DNA from: Antedon mediterranea
Taxonomy: Eukaryota > Animalia > Echinodermata
Direction of reading: 5' to 3'
DNA length: 64,000 nucleotides
Assembly (NCBI RefSeq): GCF_964355755.1
Contig: NC_092671.1
Location: 11,160,001 to 11,224,000, forward strand
Every line of letters starts with the position of its first letter. Position 1 is the first letter of the stretch. The translations under genes were made by a program, and so were the position numbers. The notes under the pieces are model-generated. The model made no database searches and was not told the origin of the DNA. It saw nothing but the letters and a program-made list of their open reading frames with translations. This document shows, in pieces, positions 53,891-64,000 of the stretch.

Positions 53891-54507
53891 CAAATCAAAC
53901 TTTTCATGCTTGAATAGTTCAACCTCTCACCTCGTTATCCAGGGACTGCTAGAAATGAGGGCGCTACTAATTTTAAAGTCGAAATGAGAGGGTCAATAAC
54001 TTTGCGTTCACAATCAACATAAAAAAATATGACATGAATTATAGTCGTATTAAAGTGAATAACTGATATCAATTGTAGTTAATCTATCAACCGATGGATA
54101 CCACTGATATTAGAAAATATATTAACAAATAAATCCGTTGTCAAATGCAACACTTTGTATGCCTGTCTGTCAATCTGTTGTTTCGACACGAAAAGTCTCT
54201 CAATGTCATGACCACATCATTACTGACTCTCACAACCGAGCAAATATATATATATAAAAAAATATATTAAAAAAAACGGGGGGAAAAACTCCAAAAACAA
54301 ACAAACGGGAAAACAAACCTAAATAACAAAAATTATCCAAAAAATTCCGATCAATTATTCCCTCCACTCATTTCCATGTCCATTGCTTACGGACCAATAA
54401 ATAAATTGAATGGAATTGAATGGTCTACAGTAATTTTAATTTATTTTTATTTATTTCATACTCATCCAACAGCGAGCACAAACTCGCCTATTACAGGATC
54501 ATGCTTA

Positions 54508-54626
54508 TGAGTCTTATTTAAGGATTAGGGAGTGAAGTTGGAAAAGAGTTACAACCCTGGCACTAGGATTGAACCCTGGACCTTGGGATTGGAAGGCAAG
54601 CACGTTAACCACCAAGCTACAGCTCC
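54508..54626 (-). mobile_element. Short tRNA-derived SINE
   Basis: Minus strand GGAGCTGTAGCTTGGTGGTTAA (A box) ... GGTTCAATCC (B box); second copy at ~35197-35300. Confidence 0.65.
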
Positions 54627-55550
54627 ACTACTACTAATGGAAACATTGTTAAAAATAATAATGCTATGTTCAACCAAATAATGTTCATACATTGGCAATG
54701 AATCTCAAAACTGCTAGTTGTAATTAGGAATAATTTGTACAGTACTTTACCATTCAGACTAGCAGTGACGTCATAATGTCTAAAATTGGCCACGGTATAA
54801 TACTTCATGTTTTGTCTCATTAACACTTGTTATTTTCTTCATTATTTCATTTAATTTCATCGTACTAATAAACAATGCTTGATAGGTAATCTGAATGATT
54901 GTCATACAATATACAGGATCATTGGCGTCATCAACCTCATAATTCTATCATCGTTAGGACAGTGATTAATTTACTATTGGTAATCCTTGGCCACAGTGCC
55001 TGAAGACATAAAATAAAATAAAATAATAAAATAAACGTATACGTCATCAAACGTCATTCCCTTTATCTACTTAAAGACGATAATGGCACAAACTTTTCTA
55101 GCTTAAAGATTTAACAAAATGCAATTACTTAGCGCATAAACGAATTATACAATTATCATTATTATCAATTTACTAAAAAATAGAGTTGTTAATAGGCCTA
55201 TAAAATAATGAAGGCTTACCGTACTATTTATAGGACAATATGGATTTATATTTTATATAAATTGCAACAGCATAAACGAATTATATTTGACTTATGCATT
55301 TATCAGGACATGCACCATACTCAATTATAGTTCTTTATCAATAATTTACATTGAGAACTTGGTCGGCGATAACAATAGGCCTACTGAAAAAAAACGAAAT
55401 GGGTGACAGTGCGCCCCTCTGTATGCACCAGGATTCAAATAATAATTATCTTTGCGGGAATAGCATTTATCACGCATCATGTATTTTAAAGATAAAAATG
55501 AAACGAAAAACATTTATTATGATGTACTACATACAGTAGAATCCCTATAA

Positions 55551-55721
55551 AGCGTGGTTTCCACTAGCGACGCAAGGACGTAACGCAAGTGAATTGACCA
55601 ATCGCAAGCGATGGCTTATTCGCTTGTTGTGATTGCTAACTTCTATAACTTCGCTTGTCATTGGTTAAAACGCTTGCGTTGCGTTTACGTCCTTGCGTTA
55701 CGTTCTAATGGGAACCAAGCT
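55551..55721. mobile_element. PIF/Harbinger-type MITE nested in a Tc1/mariner-like MITE
   Basis: AGCGTGGTTTCCACTAG ... CTAATGGGAACCAAGCT ends, TAA duplication, long internal palindromic arms. Confidence 0.75.
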
Positions 55722-56941
55722 TAAGAGAGACACTTGGATGTTCCCGTATACGCGGGGAGCGCCGGTATGGTGTCCCCTAAATAGGGAATTTCCGATGGAA
55801 GGGATTCTGCTTTCATTTTCTTTTCAAATTTTCATCCTTTTTCATATTTAGGTTATGGTGTTTTATTAATTTTGTAATATCACGAACTTGTGTAAAAACG
55901 ATAAATGTTGATTGAACGAGTGAATACAAAAATAAATAGGTCTATTTTATAATAATCATTCTTATATATACGTATAATTATAGTTATAAGGCATACATTG
56001 CCAACCTACACGTGCAGACACGTACTATGTGCGTAGAATCAATTTAATTTCAACGATTTAATGGCCCACTTGATATAATACTTTCAGTGTAGGCCTAATT
56101 AAGTTCTTGATATTGTAACGAAAATCTGTTTCATATTGATGGATGATAGAAGAGTCTCGACAATTCTAGTGATTACAATACGCTGCTTCAATCAATTTCC
56201 CATTTCGTCGCACACAGATTTGATGATTGAATTTCAAGTTTTCTATCATAATGACAAATGTTAGATATTAGTTTTCACACTATACGTATAACGTATTGGT
56301 TATTTTTGCTTAGATTTTAGATCTTTTAGTTAGGTACCTATATAAGTACAGTTAGAACCCTTCCTTCGGGACACCTTCTAAGCAGAGGACATCACTATCA
56401 AGAGGACATGTGGTCAAGTCTATTCTGAGGGACAACGCTGTTTAAAGGGGACACTTTATTTGCACCTTAATAGAGACATCTTTTGGCCCCTTAATAGAGA
56501 CATCTTTTGGCCCCTTAATAGTGGTTCTATAATGTACCACCACACTGAGTATCACTACCGATTCGTTCGTCTTCCAACTTTCAGATTTATATTGGTATAG
56601 TTACCAAACTTAGATTTATTTATTTATTTAACATCTTTATACATTATTACACAATCAGGTAACAAAGAAAACCTGTTTTGCATTGTGGTCCAACAAAAAT
56701 AGAAAAAGAAATGTTTAGTTTTGTGAGAAAAAAAAATGAGATCGATATCTAGCTTTGAATGAAGCAATTGTTGGGGAATATTTAATTACAGCATCTGATT
56801 ATAGAACGGTACGTTATACTCGGATCTTGTTGATTCACATTTTAAAATTTTCACAGAAGCTTTTCTGTTTTAAAATATAAACTATGAAGGTGTGCATGAA
56901 TGGATAAGATGACGACGATCAATGTTTATCAAAGATCTTAC

Positions 56942-56959
56942 CATGGAGTATACTCCATG
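56942..56959. mobile_element. 18-bp palindromic insertion with 7-bp TSD (P-element-like footprint)
   Basis: ATCTTAC-CATGGAGTATACTCCATG-ATCTTAC. Confidence 0.75.
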
Positions 56960-59059
56960 ATCTTACACAAATGTGTACTTTTTATGGAATACCCCGCAGC
57001 TTCTTAAAAGACGAGATTAAAGGATAATATTGATGTCTACACATTAATATGACACACACTGTGTTCGTTTTTCTCATATTTAATGCAAAATTATGCCTAT
57101 AATGAATAATGTCGAGGATTAGCACAAAGGGCGGTTGTCAAGGCACGCAATACATTTTTTGTAAATATCGTATTTTTGGTTTTTATTTTCGTCAACAGTT
57201 TTATGTAATAGAATCGTAAGAAAGATTTTGCAGTATCTATAATTTTGTACAGTTATCATGGTAAATTCTGTGACACAGGAAACATGTGTTATAAAATCAT
57301 AAACCACTTTAACATAACACATGTGATATTGTATTACACAATATTCCACGCTACTCTTAACATTATTATGCCAGAGATGAGATCAGACGGAATTGTGTGG
57401 ATTACTAAAAGATGCAATGACACAGCGTCATTTACAAAGGAAAAGTTGATTCAACAGACTAAATTACGTATCTATGGAAACAGTAAACAGATAGAAAAAT
57501 CTAAACTGTTAGGTAAATACACCGTGTTACGATATTGCACTTATGATGTCAATTGACCTCGCACTGCAATTAACGAAGACGGGTTGTAATGAACATTAAA
57601 TGCAATACTTGATAGTGTAATTAAAACGAATAATTTAATGATAATGAGCGAATTAAATTCGACTTAATGATAGGCACAGGCCTAACAGCCATTTCATTTT
57701 TTTATTTTTACTGTATAATTTACCAATAATGTTAATGATTATTAGCAATTATATCCACAGAAGCATTGCTAAAACGCTGGTTAATTAAGACTACTAGAGG
57801 GTGAGCTCGCTTCGCTCGCTCCCCCTCTAGGAAGTGTAGACGATGGTTCTCAGAATGATAATGTTCTCCTTATACGTTTTCTGTCGGTTACCATTATTGA
57901 AAATGCTTGAAATTCGTAAAACTAAACTACTTTGTTTCACAGTGTTTTAGATGATTAATAACATTTAAAAGTATAGTTTTTATTGTTTGGTAGGGCCCTT
58001 TGGGGAGGCGGAGGTCATTTGAGGGAGGTGCTTATTCGAGGGATATATATGTTAAATTTTGTAGTTTTAATAATATGGTAACATTTATAATCAAATGAAA
58101 TCCTCTAATAGATATAAAAAGTGGTAAAACTATGATTTTAACTGCTCCCTTGTGTATAAAATAGAGAAAATATTTGAAACCAGTTTGTTGCAAGGTGAAC
58201 TTATTTAAACCCGGAAATTACTTTGACCGGGAAGAATTGAAATTGAGATGAAAATCTAATGTTGAAATCATACATTTTAAAAAAAAACTCTTTATAACAT
58301 CTTCCTAAGATAGAAATATGGAACAATAGCGTCGATGTGAACACTAATGTTATCAAATCTACGTTTCGCGGTACATCTGAGATAGATAAGGTAGGTATCC
58401 AAGGCGGAGATTTGTACCGAAGTTTTTGCATTGTGCTCGCCTATGTCAGAATTAACCATAATTTATATATAGATAATAGGCCTACACGAACCAAAATAAT
58501 GATTTTCGCAACTTGCATGCATAATAAAATATATAGTGATTGATGATAACAAAATAACACCAACTACTCGTTGTTTGGAAATTATAGATGAAAACATTTG
58601 ATAAATGTGACTTAAAATGTCGTGCATTCGAATTGATAACATTTTTTTTTTTGCAGATTTTGATAAATTGCGTGCTCGATAAATATTGGTCTAGTGATCG
58701 ATTGTTAATTTTATGTAAGGATTCGGTAAATGAAATTTTGATTGGCGTTTATTATGGCTGTCATTGGCAATAACACACACCATGTGACAAATTACTTGAC
58801 CAGGATTTACAGTCAGGGAATCCAGTTAATCACAAATGCAAGCGCAATGTATCTCGCCGAATAAATTTTACCAAATCCCTCCAGTCAGAGAGAATTGGTC
58901 TCGTAATTGACTTACTCCTTCGAACCGTACTTTACTCCAGCACTTAGCGTTGAAATAACGGCACACACGAACGACGATTCAGTGACTCACTGCGAGTTTG
59001 TGAAATCAATAATTCAAGGTAGGTAGAATTTTGTTTGCGTTATAATCGTTTTTTTAAAT

Positions 59060-59731
59060 GATTATTAATATCATCATCCTTTATCATAATTATCCTCTTC
59101 ATCCAATCATCATCACATCATCATTAAAATTAGGCTTATATCATATATCGTATTTATCAAGGTCATCATCGTCACCGTCAGCACTATCATCATCCTTCCA
59201 TCTTCATAAAAACATTCATCAATTTCCTTATCAACATCATCAGCACACCATCACAATAATTAGGCCTATATTTTGTATCGTATCTATCAAGGTCATTATC
59301 ACCGTCAGCACTATCATCATCCTTCTATCTTCATGAAAACAGTCATCACTCTCCCTTATCATCATAACCATCATCTTCATCATAACATCATCGTCTTCAT
59401 CATCACACCATTATCTTCATCATCCCACCATTATCTTCATCATCACATCATTATCTTCATTATCACACCATCATCTATCATCTTCATCATCACATCATCG
59501 TCTTCATCATCATCATCTTCATCATCACACCATCATCTTCATTATCATCACCCCATCATCTTCATCTTCAGATCATCATCTTCATCATTACACCATCATC
59601 ATCATCTTCATTATCAGATCATCATCTTCATCATCACACCATCATCTTCATCATCATCACCCCATCATCATCACTCCATCATATTTATCATCATTACCTC
59701 ATCATCTTCATCATCACACCATCGTCTTCAT

Positions 59732-59768
<37 letters not shown>

Positions 59769-59780
59769 TCATCCTCATCT
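59060..59780. repeat. Degenerate (CAT)n/(CTT)n simple repeat ending in (AAT)n
   Basis: Runs of CATCAT/CATCTT, with (AAT)n at ~59733-59767. Confidence 0.9.
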
Positions 59781-60878
59781 TTAGCCAGAACCATGCCATC
59801 GTTTTATCCATTACATGATTTGCGCGTCATTTTCTCACAATATTATAATATGAGCATGATTATAGACATACAGTATAAAATGTGAAATTGCTCAAATGAC
59901 CATCCATATAAGTTACCTATCACCCCCGCTCTGGTTATGATCATTCTTCAACAATAAACTGTACTTTTAGAAAGATTTTTTTCCCCTTCTTGTTCTTCCA
60001 ATTGATACTAATAATCCTGTTGTCAGTTAACATATATTGGTTTTAAATTGTACACAGTATAAACAAAATTATGTAAACTGGGCCTATATATTGATTGATA
60101 TTAATAATATTCATCGCTGTCGTGCCGGGCCGGATGCAGTAAATTAGCGCTATCTTCCTTTCAATATGCTTGGATGAGTTTTGTTCATTAATTAAAAGAC
60201 TTATTATAAGTGGATTATTTGATTCATTATATTCATTAATAAGCTCCGTTGACGTACCGTATAATTGGTTGTTTTAAAACAAGCGAACTAATTATTTGTT
60301 TTCTACTTAGATTCCTCTTTTAACGCAACCATTAACTGGGAAATAAAAAAATTGTTAATAAATTTGTCAATATTCAAAAGAAAAAAAAACACTAACTCAT
60401 TTCTTATGTATGGCATGTTTAAATCTAGTACGGCGTAACACGTTAATTAAAAACACATTTTTGAGCGTCAGTATCGAACATCAAACTTTTAAACTTTTTT
60501 AAAGCTAGGATATGACTATATTTATATTAGCGACTGGATTAAAATAACTGAACATGTTCTGTATGGACACAGCCTTTAGGAACAAAACGGACAGGTTGTT
60601 TATTCATCTGTTCATTTATTTATTCATCCAATCAATACACGACAGACAGATATTTCAGATTTTGTTCACTTTTTATGAGTGGCACCCAACATGACAATAA
60701 AACAAACTGTATTTTCTCACGTACTCGTTCGCGAAACAGGTGTTGTTCCACATAAAAAACGTTATGTCTATATAGTTTCATTAATTAGTACATCTGCATC
60801 TACTCTTTCTAACATTTCCATGTTTTAGCAGCTAAGCATAAAGAACATCAATATCGTATTTAAATAATTACAATAATA

Positions 60879-61184
60879 ATGAAGGTTCATATATAGCGCC
60901 ATATCCGCAACAATGGCGATCATATTGTACTGTAGACGTAGATGTTAAACCTTTTCAACAACATTCTACTCTCCTAAAGTGTCCTCTCATGTCCGTGTTG
61001 CAAACTACGAAGCTATTTCTTCATGAAAGTGGCTGTGTGTGAGCTAGTACATTTCGACCCTTGTCTCGAAAGATGTACTAGATTCTTTAAAGTGCACACT
61101 ACCATTTTGTGTACACTGACCTACCATGACCATGATGCGAGCCCCGAATCCCTTACATTACCTTATTAACCGCTCAGCCACTCC
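60879..61184 (-). mobile_element. Degenerate Deu/Nin-type SINE copy
   Basis: Shares TTCTTTAAAGT(G/A)CACAC...TGTGTACACTG(G)ACCTAC and TTAACCGCTC(A/G)GCCA with the SINE at 43949-44301. Confidence 0.6.
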
Positions 61185-64000
61185 TTCAACTATTTTAACT
61201 TTGAAAAAAAATCTGCACGACGTTTTCTAAGTTTAAGTTTGTTTCGTATTTAGCTATGGTTACGGTTAAATTTATTACTTGCTATGGTATTCCAAAACCA
61301 AAAGATGAATGAATAATTAATAGTTATCAACAAGTAAAAATAAAGAAACAACAGAATTATCAACTAATTAAAATATAAACCCATATCGTTATTAGGATCA
61401 ATTTTAGTAATTTATTTATTTATTTAATTTAAGACAAAAAAAAGAAGAAAAAATTTAACAACACCTTAAAGTAAATTGAAATTATAATTTTCATTTGAAG
61501 GAAGGTAATCCTCGGCGTTGGTTACATTCGTAAATTTGGAAACAATTCAATTCAATTCAATTCCAGAAACAGAACTCAGTTTTTATCCACAACAAAAGTT
61601 AATCAAATGTCACAAGTTCATTTCAGTCAAAAAAATCAATACAGTACTTTTGAATAAATAAAAAAAATTAATGACATTGAAAGAAAATGTTTTAGCTAAA
61701 AATAGAATATAGATTGTTTATTCTAATGAGGTTTGCCTTTATAGTGTTATCAGCAAAACTAGTAGAATTACTCATCAGAAATATAAAAAAACCCATCAAA
61801 CTGAGAATGTTTCGTGTAACTATAAGTGTCAGTCTTAAGATTATCAAGATATCTTGTATGCCGTCGCCGATGATGCAACAAACCACGGCAACATTAGGCA
61901 AATCCTATTTTCTATTAATTTTTATAAAACGTGACTTACCTTGATATGTTCAATAAACGAAACATTTCATCATTAAAAAAAAAATAAAATAACAAACCTG
62001 GATTTCTATAGAAACATTACTGATTGGTAAAGTAATAATTTATCTGAGGAGGCGCAATTTAAAGTAATTTCCAAGATTAGTTTGCATCTAAACATCAATA
62101 ATTTAATTTGAAATATTTATTAAGGAGAAATAGATTTTTTTTAAATTAAGATTTCTACTCAAATACAAACAAAAAAAAGTAAAGAAAAAGATTGGGAAGT
62201 CTGGAGAAGTATAAGATCAAAATAATAATACGATACATCTGTTTTGATAAAACGTTACAAGCTACAAATTAAAGTAATTTCGTTCAGCAAAAAATATCTA
62301 CACAACCATTTCAAGCTGAAATTGCTATGAGATTTAATGTGTTTGATCAATACTTTGAAAAGTCTTTTTAGAAAATAGATTTATTGTTCATATGACTTGG
62401 GCCATTATTTATTTATTTAAAATTCTTTATACTCGATGTGTATTTGAAACTGTAAATCTTTTAAACAAATTGGAAATGTGTTGTATCTGAATTTCCACAA
62501 CTTCGACGAGGACAAATTATCTTGAAAAGGTTAAATATTGAATCTGTTAGATAAGTTTCAGCTGTAATTGGTTACTAAGTACTATAGTAAAGTATCTGGC
62601 TTATTGATTAGAATTTTAATCGTCCAAAACACGCCACCTATCGACAATAAACTTTTTTTTGGAGGAATAAACCACGTAGCAGGTTTTGCATTACATTGTT
62701 CAAATGTACATAGTTACCAGTATAAAAGCTGGCCGTGCTTTATCGGCAAATTACTATAAGTTATATGATTCTAGATATCGAATCACACTTTGATTCATGT
62801 AATTTGAATGACGCCATACTATGAAAGTGTAGACAATTTACGACAAGACAATTTGAAACGGTTTGTCTGTTTGGAGATATGCGTGTTAAACGCAGTATCT
62901 GAATGTAATATAAAAACAGATTATAACGGTAATTGTTTACTCCATGAGATGGTTAACCAATTCTCAATATAATATAAATAAAAAGATAATAATATTCTAT
63001 ATAACGAAACAATACAAGAAAAGGCATGTACAAATATTACCTTAGTTGTTTGAAAACGATGCTCAAAAGCATTTGCAAGCTAACAATTGCAAATTAAAAG
63101 TAGCCCCTCATCTGATGAAAGAAAAGAAAAAAATAATAATCTTGAGCCGCATGGGAAAACTGGTTCTTTAATAAAGTGTATTACCGACGTCAAAATAAAA
63201 AAACAAATTTGAAATAAATAAAGTAGAGTACTATATTTTCTGGCAAATATAGAACAAGCACATTTCGAAATGAAAAATGATCGTTAAATCAAGCAAGATA
63301 ACTAGTGCTATGTTAGCTATTCCAGACAAGGGGTGAATAAGATACATGGCTGTGATAAATTGTATCTGAAGTTTTATGTTTTAAAAATTGCCTATGAAGT
63401 TATATAGAATGACGTTGATCGATATTCAATCCGTATATAAATTGGAACTCACGGGTGATTTCTTCTAAATAGATCATATATGATGTAATATATGTCACTA
63501 AAATGTGTTATACCAAACAAAAATGCATGATATGGTATTAGTTTTATTTATATATTCATGTACTTTCTGCCTTTCCGTACTATTTCAAGTACAGTAATTT
63601 GCCAAATTACATATAATTTGCGTGAAATGAGATTTGTGTATTGGCATGGCTGCTACGACTTGAATACGAACATAATCATACGCACCGGAAATCATTCTCG
63701 GTTTTATTAGTACATTGAGTCGAAATCCAAAGAATGACCCATTGGTTTTACGTATTCTATAAAAAAAATGAAGAAAAAAAATCAGCAACTGACCAACCAA
63801 AATTAGCTATTACTTTTAAAAACGAAGTTCAATATCAACATTTTAAAATGATTTTTTTTAAGCAAACGATTTATTATAATGCAGTGCTAGGAGTGTAGGC
63901 CTAATTTTAAATTTTCATCGAAGTTGATGAATATGCATGTGATGTTAATTGTAATCATATCATACATAAAATACCCTTCAGACGATAACAATACGCTTTT

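Noticed and set aside
59273-59818. His/Ile/Ser-rich 181-aa ORF
   Set aside because: Simple (CAT)n sequence; no supporting splice structure or domain.

Overview
AT-rich, intron-rich animal genomic DNA; the repeat families suggest an invertebrate deuterostome such as an echinoderm (inference). Genes read by hand from splice sites: the 5' end of a probable Tctex1-domain dynein light chain (minus strand, runs off the left edge), a complete 8-exon ANP32 gene (+, 3464-9193) hosting four intronic SNORD88/snR76-type C/D snoRNAs, an intronless class A GPCR (+, 11435-12406), and a class II coronin with 9 coding exons (-, 41168-18149) and a very long unique region. Mobile DNA: a 5'-truncated Penelope-like element in (TA)n with two tandem minimal hammerhead ribozymes, a Sola2-type DNA transposon with ~0.5 kb TIRs inserted in a 64-bp minisatellite and itself interrupted by a Deu/Nin-domain SINE, several MITE families, SINE/LINE fragments and tandem repeats. 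Most unusual signals: three 18-27 bp CATGGAG...CTCCATG palindromes each flanked by a 7-bp duplication (P-element-like excision footprints), a 1.4-kb CATGG-terminated element with a 7-bp TSD carrying promoter/first-exon-like cargo upstream of the coronin start, and candidate microexons in a coronin intron. All calls are by eye; no database searches were run.
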